A DNA stretch of 64,000 nucleotides from an uncultured delta proteobacterium. Lineage in GTDB: Bacteria; Desulfobacterota; Binatia; UBA9968. Location of the stretch: NCBI GenBank assembly GCA_963737905.1, contig CAVTUQ010000037.1:189164-253163 (forward strand), given 5' to 3'. Positions 54,677 to 64,000 of this stretch are shown here, piece after piece. The translations under genes were made by a program, and so were the position numbers. Under the pieces are notes generated by a model that saw only the letters and a program-made list of their open reading frames with translations, was not told where the DNA came from and ran no database searches. How positions within the stretch are numbered: position 1 is the stretch's first letter; every line of letters begins with the position of its first letter.

Positions 54677-56262
54677 GTGATAACCCGAAAAAATGCTTTG
54701 ATGATCCTGGGAACGGCTTCCCACGTGGGAAAATCGATTGTTACCACAGGCCTCGGACGGGTTTTCGCCGAGGAAGGTTATCGGGTGGCGCCGTTTAAGG
54801 CGCAAAACATGTCGCTGAACTCCGCCGCGACACCGGATGGCGGCGAGATCGGCAGAGCTCAGGCGCTGCAGGCCGAGGCCTGCCGCGCGATTCCTCGCGT
54901 GGAGATGAACCCCGTTCTGCTCAAGCCTTCTACCGACACCGGCGCCCAGGTAATTTTACTGGGAAAGATTTGGGGACAAGTGACGGCTTGGGATTACCAC
55001 ACCCGGCGGGTGGAACAGCTTTTTCCCGAGGTACTCGACGCTTACAAGCGCTTGGCGAAGGACCACGATGTCATTTTGCTCGAAGGCGCGGGGTCGCCGG
55101 CGGAAATCAATCTGCGCGAGCATGATATCGTCAACATGCGGATGGCCCACGCCGCGGATGCGGCCTGCCTGCTGGTGGGTGACATCGATCGCGGCGGAGT
55201 TTTCGCTTCCCTGCTCGGCACCTTGGAGTTACTCGAAGCCGAAGATCGCGCGCGCATTTGCGGCTTCGTGATCAACAAGTTTCGCGGCGATGAAACACTC
55301 TTGCGGCCTGGAGTAACCGCGATGGAACATCGCCTCGGCTTGCCCTGCGTTGGCATCGTGCCCTATCTCGCCGACCTCGGTCTCGATGAAGAAGACGGCG
55401 TCGCCTTGGAAGACCGTGCCTCGGCGACGCGGCGTTGGAGAAATCTCGAACCCGGGCCGGCGCGCCCAATTCGCATCGGCGTCATCGCTCTACCGCACAT
55501 GGCGAATTTCACCGACTTCGATGCTCTAGCGATGGAGCCGTCCGTTTCTCTCGCGTTTCTCGAACACCCCGAAGAAATGGCCGCAGCCGATCTACTCGTC
55601 TTGCCTGGCAGCAAGCAAACCCTTGACGATCTGCAGTGGCTAGACCGTCGAGGTTTTACACCGGAACTGCGCCGGCTCTGTGAAAAGGGTACTCCAGTCG
55701 TCGGCATTTGCGGCGGCTTTCAGATGCTTGGCAGTTCCGTTGAAGATCCCCACGGCATCGAGAATGGGGGACAACCATGCACCCGAAAGGGACTCGGCTT
55801 CCTGCCCGTGCGAACGGTGTTGCATGCGGAGAAGACTGTACGTCGCGTCCAAGGCTGCATGCGATCGGAGTTTCTTGGCTTTAGCCCCAGTCCCTGAAAC
55901 CCATTTCCAAGGCTATGAAATCCATGTCGGCGAAACTTTTTACGAAGCGGGAGCTCGCCCGATTGCGGATATCGTACGCGCAAGGAATTTCCGGTTCCGT
56001 TCCGGACGGTGCTGTGAGCGCATCAGGCCGCGTGCTGGGCACCTACGTGCACGGTTTCTTCGACAACGATGACTTTCGCCATGCATTTCTTGCGGCCGCG
56101 CGCAGGGCCTTGGATCTCCCTCCCGCCGAAACCTGGGCTAATGTTGCGGCCGAACGCGAGGCGCGCATCGACCGCCTGGCGGATCATCTCAGAAAATCAC
56201 TGGATATGAATCTAATCCGGAGTTGGATAGCCCCTTCTCCTGCGCGACGACAGAATCCGTAA
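54677..56262 (+). CDS. cobQ: Cobyric acid synthase; ~2 frameshifts near the 3' end
   Basis: GTASHVGKS, PFKAQNMSLNS, EGAGSPAEINL, GICGGFQMLG, GYEIH and GTYVHG. Confidence 0.95.
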
Positions 56263-56374
56263 ATAGCTCGCATGGAAGGTTCGCGCGCTTTCATCGTTGC
56301 GAGATAAAGAGACTGGGAAGGTTCACGCGTTATCGTTTGCGAGCATTTAAAGATGACCTTGAAAAACATCGCCT

Positions 56375-57043
56375 ATGAACTCACTGTTTAATGTAAGCCA
56401 GCAACAGAATGTCCTGATTCTAAGTTTTTCTTCGCCGGCGCGCACCTTGAGCTGGGCGGTTCTAAACGGCGGTTTCTGTCATGCCGATCACGTCATCAAC
56501 CACCACGTGGACGGAAAGAATGCCTTGTTCTGCGCCCAACCCGCTCCATGGTTGGAACGTGCCGCTGCCGAATTAGGACTTCGGGGGAAAGTCATTGCTA
56601 TGGCTACCGCAGTGGAAATAAGGCATACGGTTCAAGTTGCAATGAACGGCGGCGGCGCGCGGGTCACATGCTTTACTACGGTGGGTTGCGGCAACGCTCT
56701 TTCGGTGGGGGACACGGCTACTGTGACGATTGAGGAACCGGCGGCGGCGCTTCATACCGTCAATATGATATTGACGATTCAACCGGGACTTTCAGATGAA
56801 GCTATGGTGGAAGCGGTACAGATCGTCACGGAGGGACGCGTGCGGGCGCTCTACGAGAGAGGCATCAAGAGTTGTCAATCGGGTCTGCCTGCCACCGGCA
56901 CGGGTACCGACTGCGTCGCCATCGTGTCTTTGGGTGATGGCGTGGAACGTTATTGCGGCAAGCATACCACGCTCGGCGAGCTCATCGGCGGCGCGGCCTA
57001 CATCTCTGTTGCAAAGGGCCTGGCACTCTCGACCGACAAGTGA
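56375..57043 (+). CDS. cbiZ: Adenosylcobinamide amidohydrolase
   Basis: LSWAVLNGG, MATA, TVG.GNA, TVN, ATGTGTD and GKHT.LGE. Confidence 0.9.
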   Translation: MNSLFNVSQQQNVLILSFSSPARTLSWAVLNGGFCHADHVINHHVDGKNALFCAQPAPWLERAAAELGLRGKVIAMATAVEIRHTVQVAMNGGGARVTCFTTVGCGNALSVGDTATVTIEEPAAALHTVNMILTIQPGLSDEAMVEAVQIVTEGRVRALYERGIKSCQSGLPATGTGTDCVAIVSLGDGVERYCGKHTTLGELIGGAAYISVAKGLALSTDK

Positions 57044-58024
57044 AAGTAGTCTTCATGGATTGGCAAGCCTTCTTAAATTCCTCTGCCTTGCTACTGTCGA
57101 GCGCTTTTCTTTTGGATCTCGCCGTCGGCGATCCGCGTTGGTTTCCTCACCCGGTGGTTCTGATGGGAAAGTTTATTTCCCGGGGCGAAAGTCTGCTCTG
57201 GACCGGCAAGGCTTGCCGAGACTTTGTCTCCGGAATGGTTCTTTCTGTGGCGTTGATCGCCCTGGCACTTGGAACGGCCTGGGCGCTGCTTTATTTTCTC
57301 ACGTTTCTGCCACGGTGGATCGCTTTTGTTCTCACCGCGGGACTAGCCTCCACCACTCTAGCCACCCGCGGACTGCTTGACGCCATCACCCGCATTGAAC
57401 ACCCCGCTGCGATCGGGTAATCTCGTTAAGGCACGAGAGAATCTTGCCCATATCGTCGGGCGGGATACCGCCGCTTTGAACGAAGACAAAATTGTCTGCG
57501 CCAGCTTGGAATCTTTGGGTGAGAATACCAGCGACGGCATTGTCGCCCCGTTGTTCTATCTTTTTCTGGGCGGCATTCCGCTGGCGATGGCCTACAAAGC
57601 CGTCAACACACTGGACTCCATGGTCGGCTATCGCACAGAGCGTTACTTCTACTTTGGCAAGTTCGCCGCGCGACTGGATGACCTGGCCAATTTCATACCG
57701 GCGCGCTTGACGGCATTGCTCATGGTCATTGCTACTTTTCTGGTGCGGCTCAACCCAGGCCTCGCCCTGCGAGTTCTACGGCGCGATCATGCCAACCACT
57801 TGAGCCCCAATGCCGGTTACCCGGAGGCCGCGTTGGCCGGTGCTTTGGGCATCAGGCTCGGCGGTCCCAGTGTTTACTTCGGCAAAGAAGTTTGGAAGCC
57901 CTATCTGGGTGATGATTTCACTTCGGTTAAGATTACCATGCTAAAGGAGGCTCGATGTCTGTGTCTGGTCACAGCCATTCTCTCGCTCGTGACATTTGTG
58001 CTGATCTCGACGGCCCGCTTGTAG
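57040..58024 (+). CDS. cbiB: Adenosylcobinamide-phosphate synthase; frameshift near 57400
   Basis: GDPRWFPHPV, IVGRDT, ENTSDGIVAP, NTLDSMVGY and SPNAGYPEA. Confidence 0.93.
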
Positions 58025-59116
58025 GACATGCTCTGGACCGAGAGCATGGTGGAGACATCCATAGGTGGGCGCAGAAAGCACGCATTGATCCTGCGGAGAT
58101 CATCGATTTCAGCGCCAGCATCAATCCCCTGGGCCCGCCGGTTTCAGCCCGCAAGGCTTTTCGAAACAGCTACAACGAGGTATCGCGCTATCCCGACCCT
58201 TACGGCGAGAAGCTGAAGGAGGCTTTGGCAAAGCACCATGACATGAAACCCGCGGAGATCTTGGTCGGCAACGGCTCGACCCAGCTCGTCTACCTCCTCT
58301 GCTTGGCTTTGCGTCCCCGCAAGGCGCTAGTGGTGGGACCCGCATTTTCCGAACATGCCAACGCATTGATATTGGCCGGCGCGAAAGTGCGCTTCCTGTC
58401 CCTCACGGCGAATGGCAACTTTAAATTCTCCACCGAAGATTTTATGGCAGCATGGGAAAAAGCCGATGACATGGCCTTTCTCACCACGCCGAACAGCGTA
58501 ACCGGCCAGTGCATTCCGGGAAAGGAGATCGAAAAGATTGCCCGCATGGCTCTTTTGAAAAGGCGGTTCTTGGTCATCGACGAGGCCTTTATCGACTTTG
58601 TCGAAGGGGAGTCCGTCAAACAACTGATTCGGGACAATGCCTATGTGATGATCCTGCGCTCCCTCACCAAATACTATGCTTTGCCCGGACTTCGTCTCGG
58701 CTATCTTCTCGCTCACTCTCGAAGAGTCGCACAATTCGCCAATTACTTAGAACCCTGGTCCGTCAACGGCCCGGCCCAGCATGTCGCGCTGGCTTGCTTG
58801 GCTGATCCGAGTTTCGGGCTAAAGACAGAGCGCTGGCTACACCGGGAGAGAATTTTCCTGACGCAAGCTTTGCTCGCGTTGAAAAGTTTTCAACCTTATC
58901 CCTCCAGTGCGAATTTCCTGCTGGTTCGTATTGCAAACAACGCCAGCGCCTCAGGGCTTCGTTCTTTTCTCTTAAATAAGAAAATACTCATCCGTGCCTG
59001 CAATTCCTTCTGCGGGGCTAGGGACCGATCATTTCCGCGTCGCCGTGCTGAAAAGAAAGGAGAATGTCCGGCTGCTCGAAGCTCTCAAAGAATGGACGCC
59101 ACAATCGCTTCCATGA
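58021..59116 (+). CDS. cobD: L-threonine-O-3-phosphate decarboxylase; frameshift near 59015, start approximate
   Basis: HGGD, DFSASINPLG, YPDP, DEAFIDF and RSLTKYYALPGLRLGY; the corrected tail FRVAV...EALKEW ends at TGA 59114-59116. Confidence 0.9.
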
Positions 59117-59649
59117 GCAAAGAGATCATTCTAATAACCGGCGGCGCCCGCTCCGGAAAAAGCCAATACGCCGAGCGGCGCGCAATAGAAATCGGCGGTA
59201 GACGGCTCTATGTGGCGACCGCCGAGGCCAAAGATGAAGAAATGGCCCAGCGAATAGCGGAACACCGGAAACGGCGCGGCAACCAGTGGCGCACTATCGA
59301 GGAGCCTCTGGAATTAACCCAAGCACTCCTGGCAGAGCGCGGCAAAACCGACTGCGCGCTGGTGGATTGTTTGACTCTGTGGACCAGCAATCTTTTGATC
59401 CGGCGCGACGAGAAATACGCGTCGCAGAAAGTCGAAGATCTCATCGAGCAGCTACCGCAGCTTGATTTCCATCTGCTATTCGTCACCAATGAGGTTGGCT
59501 GGGGCATCATTCCGGACAATCCCCTGGCGCGAAAGTTTCGCGACCTTGCCGGCCGGACGAACCAACGCCTAGCACAAGCAGCGAATGAAGTTATTCTGAT
59601 GGTTGCGGGAATGCCGATCATCGTAAAGAAGGAAGCAGCATGCTCCTAG
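59113..59649 (+). CDS. cobU: Adenosylcobinamide kinase/adenosylcobinamide-phosphate guanylyltransferase
   Basis: ITGGARSGKS, YVATA, EMAQRIAEHR, DCLTLW and NEVG. Confidence 0.95.
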   Translation: MSKEIILITGGARSGKSQYAERRAIEIGGRRLYVATAEAKDEEMAQRIAEHRKRRGNQWRTIEEPLELTQALLAERGKTDCALVDCLTLWTSNLLIRRDEKYASQKVEDLIEQLPQLDFHLLFVTNEVGWGIIPDNPLARKFRDLAGRTNQRLAQAANEVILMVAGMPIIVKKEAACS

Positions 59650-60695
59650 AAAAGACCCTCGAAAGAATCCGGCCGTTGGATCTCTCCTTCGAGGTCCAAG
59701 CCCAGATGAGGCTCGATTCTCTGACAAAACCGCAAGGAAGTCTGGGAAAATTGGAAGAGTTGGCGCGCCGCGTCGCCGTGATTCAGAGAAAAGTTCCGCC
59801 GCATCTCGGACGAAAACTGCTATTCGTCTTCGCAGCGGACCACGGGATTACCGCGGAAGGCGTCAGCGCCTATCCCAAAGAGGTCACCGCGCAAATGACT
59901 CACAACTTTCTGCGCGGCGGCGCCGCCATCAACGTTCTAGCGCGCCATTACGGCGTCGAAGTCGAAGTGATCGACGTGGGTGTGGATTACGAATTCGCCA
60001 ACCCAGCGGGACTGCGCAACTGCAAAGTTCGCCGCGGAACAAGCAATTTCTCCCGCGGCCCCGCCATGAGCCGATCGGAGGCTGTACAATCCATCGAAAC
60101 GGGAATTCGTCTCGTCGAAGAAGTAGCTCTGGAGAATCTCTTTTTGCTTGGCGCCGGCGAGATGGGGATCGGCAACACCAGCAGCGCCGCAGCCATACTG
60201 TGTGCCTTGAGTGGCGCTGCGCCCCGCGATGTGGTCGGGAGAGGCACGGGAATCGACGATTCGACCTGGAGACGAAAAGTTTCGGCCATCGAACGCGGTC
60301 TTGAGGTGAATCGGCCCGACTTGAAAGAGCCACTCGACGTTCTTACGAAAGTGGGCGGACTGGAAATCGGCGCCATGACAGGTGTGATTCTGGGGGCGGC
60401 GGCGTTTCAAATTCCGATGGTTTTGGACGGCTTTATATCCGGCGCCGCAGCGCTCCTCGCACAGCGGTTTTGTCCGCCGGTCCAAGATTTTCTCTTTGCC
60501 TCGCATCTGTCCCCCGAGACTGGGCATAAGTTCATGCTTGAGCAACTGAAGCTGACACCGGTTTTGGACTTGGAAATGCGCCTCGGGGAAGGGACCGGCG
60601 CCTGCATGCTCATGGGTTTCATTGAAGCTGCTGCAAAAATCCCCGCTGAAATGGCGACCTTTGAATCCGCCGGTGTAGAGAAAAAACTGTCGTGA
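59640..60695 (+). CDS. cobT: Nicotinate-nucleotide--dimethylbenzimidazole phosphoribosyltransferase
   Basis: LTKPQGSLGKLE, ADHG, GEMGIGNT, DGFIS and MRLGEGTG. Confidence 0.96.
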   Translation: MLLEKTLERIRPLDLSFEVQAQMRLDSLTKPQGSLGKLEELARRVAVIQRKVPPHLGRKLLFVFAADHGITAEGVSAYPKEVTAQMTHNFLRGGAAINVLARHYGVEVEVIDVGVDYEFANPAGLRNCKVRRGTSNFSRGPAMSRSEAVQSIETGIRLVEEVALENLFLLGAGEMGIGNTSSAAAILCALSGAAPRDVVGRGTGIDDSTWRRKVSAIERGLEVNRPDLKEPLDVLTKVGGLEIGAMTGVILGAAAFQIPMVLDGFISGAAALLAQRFCPPVQDFLFASHLSPETGHKFMLEQLKLTPVLDLEMRLGEGTGACMLMGFIEAAAKIPAEMATFESAGVEKKLS

Positions 60696-61414
60696 GCTCT
60701 TTCTTTGCAGCGCTACAGTTTTTGACTCTCTTCCCCCGGCCCGGGTGGATGGAGCATTCCCCCAACGAACTGGGACGATCTGTGATTTTCTTCCCTGTGG
60801 TTGGTCTTATATTGGGCTCGATCCTGGCCCTCGTGAATTTTCTGCTCGACCCCTTTGCAAGCGCGGGGCTCTTGAGCGTGATCCTTGTTACCCTGTTGGC
60901 CGTCATGACGGGCGGGCTTCATCTCGACGGTGTCGGAGATACCTTCGACGGCCTGGGCGCCGGTGGCGACCGCGACCGCGTTCTTAGCGTCATGGATGAC
61001 AGCCACACCGGAGTCTTCGGTCTCATCGCGATTGTTTTGGTGCTGTTTCTTAAAATCAACGCTCTTGAAAGCATGGACATTGACCGCTGGCGAACGTTGC
61101 TGGTGGCCCCTATCCTGGGGCGTTGGGCGATGGTGCTATTGGCCTATCGCTCCAAGGCAGCCAAAGCGGGACTGGGTTCCAATTTAATAGATCACCTGCA
61201 AACGAAGCATTTTCTTCTCGCCACGTTGCTGACTTTGGTTTTGGTAACGGCGATCTTTCTTAGGAACGGCATTGTCATGATGGCCTGGGTCGCGGTTTTC
61301 ACTATCGCAAGCAAAAGCTATTTTCATCGTCGCTTAGGCGGCGTTACCGGCGATATCTTCGGCGCTGTTGGAGAATTGAGCGAGACCTCGGTCATGGTCT
61401 TGTTGGCTCTGTGA
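60692..61414 (+). CDS. cobS: Adenosylcobinamide-GDP ribazoletransferase
   Basis: TGGLHLDGVGDTFDG, MDDSHTGVFG and GGVTGDIFGA. Confidence 0.95.
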   Translation: MSSFFAALQFLTLFPRPGWMEHSPNELGRSVIFFPVVGLILGSILALVNFLLDPFASAGLLSVILVTLLAVMTGGLHLDGVGDTFDGLGAGGDRDRVLSVMDDSHTGVFGLIAIVLVLFLKINALESMDIDRWRTLLVAPILGRWAMVLLAYRSKAAKAGLGSNLIDHLQTKHFLLATLLTLVLVTAIFLRNGIVMMAWVAVFTIASKSYFHRRLGGVTGDIFGAVGELSETSVMVLLAL

Positions 61415-62323
61415 GAAACATGAATCATCGGAAGCAGATCATCACTGTTTATTTATTTGCCGTAAGCCTAATCCTCCTGTACGGCCATAGTATCCGGGCG
61501 GCAGAAGGGCCAGGCCCGCAACGAGTCGTTTCCCTTGCGCCCAGCGTGACCGAAACATTATTTGCCCTCGGTTTTGGCGATCGTTTGGTTGGCGGTGACC
61601 ACTTATTGCGACTATCCAGCCGAGGCGCGGCGGATGCCGAAGATCGGCGGGTTTACCAGTCCGAGTGTGGAAGCGATCATCGCGACCGGCCGGAGCTCGT
61701 AATCGGCGTTAGCGAGCTCCAGCCGATCCGGTGAAAACAAAAGAGATTGAGCATCTCGGCATCAAAGTCACTTTGCTATCAGTCGCGAGCGTGAGACGAG
61801 ATCTTGAATTCCGTTTAAAGTCCGTTGCCCGCTATGTTGGGACGTCCCGGAAGCAGGGTGAAAACTCGCGCAAAAAATAACCCGCCAATTGGATCAAGTG
61901 ACAAGAGCGAGTGGCCCCGGCGCCGCGGCGCTCCACACTTTTGCGGTGGGGCTTCGGCCTTTGGTCGCGGTCGGCGGCAAGAATTTCATCGACGAGCTCA
62001 TTACCTTGGCGGGCGGTGACAATATTGCCGGCAATGCAGCTCAGCCCTGGCTCAACCTCCCTGACGAGTACGTGGTGGCCAAAGCACCGCAGGTCATCAT
62101 CCAGGCCGGCATGGGATCGGAGCGCGGAACGTCGCTCAAATATTGGGGAGATCTGAAGTCTATTCCCGCTGTGAAAGAGGGGCGCGTCTATTCGTATCCG
62201 TCCGACAAGATTCTCCGGCCCGGACCGCGGGTCGGCGAGGGACTGGAAGAAATCGCCCGCCTCGTGCATCCGGAGTGCTTCGGGAAATCCACACGCCGGA
62301 CCCAACAGAAGAAGTGCATGTGA
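61411..62323 (+). CDS. btuF: Cobalamin ABC transporter substrate-binding protein; multiple frameshifts
   Basis: RVVSLAPSVTETLFALG, FIDELITLAGG.NI, IPAVKEGRV and RPGPR. Confidence 0.82.
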
Positions 62324-63357
62324 AAGTTCTCGACCGTAAAAAAATGTTTTCGGTCAATGGACTGCTGTTGGCTTTGCTGGCACTATCCATTGTCGGTTGC
62401 ACTCTGCTCGGACCGGTGCGCCTCGATCTGTCGCGAGCTTTGCAAAATATATTCTCCGGGAATCCGGATGCCGAAATACTGTTTCGCGCCCGACTTCCTC
62501 GAGTTCTTTTGGGAGTCGCCATCGGCGGCGGGATGGCGGCTTGTGGCGTCGTGCTGCAAGCGCTGCTGCGCAATCCGCTGGCCTGCCCGCAGATGATCGG
62601 GGTTTCCGGAGGCGCTTCTTTGGGGGGAATCCTGGGCCTGATCTTTTTCCCGCATTGGCTGCTGCCCATCGCCGGCGGGCTTTTCGGTGAAATCTCTTGG
62701 GTGCCCCTCACTGCGTTTTTCGGCGCGTTGTTGAGCATGGTGTTGATTTATCGTTTCTCGCTGTTCCACGGGCGCCTCCACCCCTATCACCTGCTGCTGT
62801 CCGGAGTGATTTTTAACTCCTTCATCGCCGCCGTGATTATGTTTCTTAATTCGATCATTGATTTTTATCAGGCCCAGGGACTGCTCTTCTGGCTCATGGG
62901 CAGTCTTTCCACTCGCGCCTATCTTACCGTCGGATTCATCTGGGCCTACATCATTTTCGGTTTTCTCTGGCTCTGGACCAAGGGTCTTGCCCTCAATCTC
63001 ATCACCCTGGGGGAAGAAGCGGCTATGCAACTCGGGGTGGAGACCGGCGCGCTCCAGCGGCAGATTTTTATCGCTTCCTCGCTAATGATCGGCGCCATGG
63101 TCTCCGTAAGCGGCATGATCGGTTTCGTGGGATTGATGATTCCCCACGTCATGCGCTTGATCATCGGCAGCGACCATCGGCTCCTGCTGCCGGCGTCTTT
63201 TCTTGGCGGCGGAATTTTCTTGTGCTGGGCGGACACTCTCGCCCGCATCCTGCTGGCGCCAGCGGAGCTGCCGGTAGGAATCATCACCGCGTTCTTTGGC
63301 GGCCCCTTCTTCCTTTTCCTTCTCTACCGCGACGGCGCTAAAAAGTTGGCTCTATGA
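62320..63357 (+). CDS. btuC: Cobalamin/iron-chelate ABC permease (FecCD family)
   Basis: RLPR, LRNPLA, WLMGS, IGFVGLMIPH and ELPVG. Confidence 0.88.
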   Translation: MKVLDRKKMFSVNGLLLALLALSIVGCTLLGPVRLDLSRALQNIFSGNPDAEILFRARLPRVLLGVAIGGGMAACGVVLQALLRNPLACPQMIGVSGGASLGGILGLIFFPHWLLPIAGGLFGEISWVPLTAFFGALLSMVLIYRFSLFHGRLHPYHLLLSGVIFNSFIAAVIMFLNSIIDFYQAQGLLFWLMGSLSTRAYLTVGFIWAYIIFGFLWLWTKGLALNLITLGEEAAMQLGVETGALQRQIFIASSLMIGAMVSVSGMIGFVGLMIPHVMRLIIGSDHRLLLPASFLGGGIFLCWADTLARILLAPAELPVGIITAFFGGPFFLFLLYRDGAKKLAL

Positions 63358-64000
63358 ATCCGGCGATTCAAACCGAGAATCTGACGTTTGCCTACAAAGA
63401 TAAGCCCGTGCTCGATGGTGTCTCCCTCTCGATCGAGAGCGGCGAGATGGTCGGCATCCTGGGTCCCAACGGGTCGGGCAAAACGACCTTACTGAAGATT
63501 TTTTCCGCGGTCTTGAGGGGGCGGGGAGAGGTCAAAGTCAATGGCAGAAGTATTGAAACCTACGGCAAGCGGGAATTGAGCCGGCTTTTCGCCATGGTAC
63601 CGCAAGAGAGCCAAATCCTTTTTCCCTACACGGTGGCCGAGATCGTCTTGATGGGAAGGGCGAGCTATCACAGCCCTCTAGCACTCGAGGGAAAGAAAGA
63701 TCTCGAGGTCGCGCGAGCCAGCATGGAGTTGACCGATTCGCTATCTTTCTCCAACCGTTATCTCCATGAGTTGAGCGGCGGCGAGAAGCAGCGAGTGATC
63801 ATCGCCCGCGCCTTGGCCCAGGAACCCGAGATTCTCTTGCTCGACGAGCCTTCCGCCTTCCTCGATCTCAAACATGTGGTCCAAGTCTTCGAGCTCATGC
63901 GCCGGCTCAACCGCGAGCACCGCCTGACCATCGTCGCCGCGCTCCATGATCTCAACCTCGCCGCGCTGTTCTTTCCGCGCCTGGTGATACTGCGCGAAGG
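63354..64000 (+). CDS. btuD: Cobalamin/iron-chelate ABC ATPase (runs off the window)
   Basis: Manual translation gives GPNGSGKT, LSGGEKQR, LLLDEP and HDLN. Confidence 0.88.
   Translation, partial: MNPAIQTENLTFAYKDKPVLDGVSLSIESGEMVGILGPNGSGKTTLLKIFSAVLRGRGEVKVNGRSIETYGKRELSRLFAMVPQESQILFPYTVAEIVLMGRASYHSPLALEGKKDLEVARASMELTDSLSFSNRYLHELSGGEKQRVIIARALAQEPEILLLDEPSAFLDLKHVVQVFELMRRLNREHRLTIVAALHDLNLAALFFPRLVILRE

Noticed and set aside
57955-59649. Apparent CobD-CobU fusion (564 aa ORF)
   Set aside because: Removing one G from the run near 59015 restores the normal CobD tail (GLGTDHFRVAV...) ending at a TGA that overlaps the cobU ATG (ATGA, 59113-59116); this is an indel artefact.

Overview
Bacterial chromosomal window with a deltaproteobacterial-type gene set. 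The gene content and interspersed repeat style suggest Candidatus Binatia or a relative; this is inference. Many genes carry single-base frameshifts, including essential gyrB, so most breaks are probably long-read indel errors. Left to right: (1) an atypical class A PBP, queE, a tandem-duplicated uvrA and small accessory genes; (2) an ECF sigma/RskA pair divergent from a cupredoxin, helical His protein, DUF4331, TPR and RcnA/HoxN-like operon, with two back-to-back AATCC-N17-CGTA promoters and N-terminal His motifs on the exported proteins; (3) a ~14.5 kb accessory island with a membrane PAS sigma-54 activator, a pentameric ligand-gated ion channel, a perfect sigma-54 promoter, a sulfatase and many membrane proteins; (4) a core block, thiD then gyrB-gyrA-gpsA-rpmH-rnpA-yidD-yidC-jag-ispG-proS-pyrF, with no dnaA/dnaN/recF; (5) a cobamide salvage/remodelling operon (btuB, DUF4430, cobQ, cbiZ, cbiB, cobD, cobU, cobT, cobS, btuFCD) behind two tandem cobalamin riboswitches that both carry short-repeat hairpin insertions. 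Several families of 7/8/9-nt tandem-repeat hairpins and REP-like palindromes are scattered across the window. No CRISPR array, tRNA or rRNA was seen.
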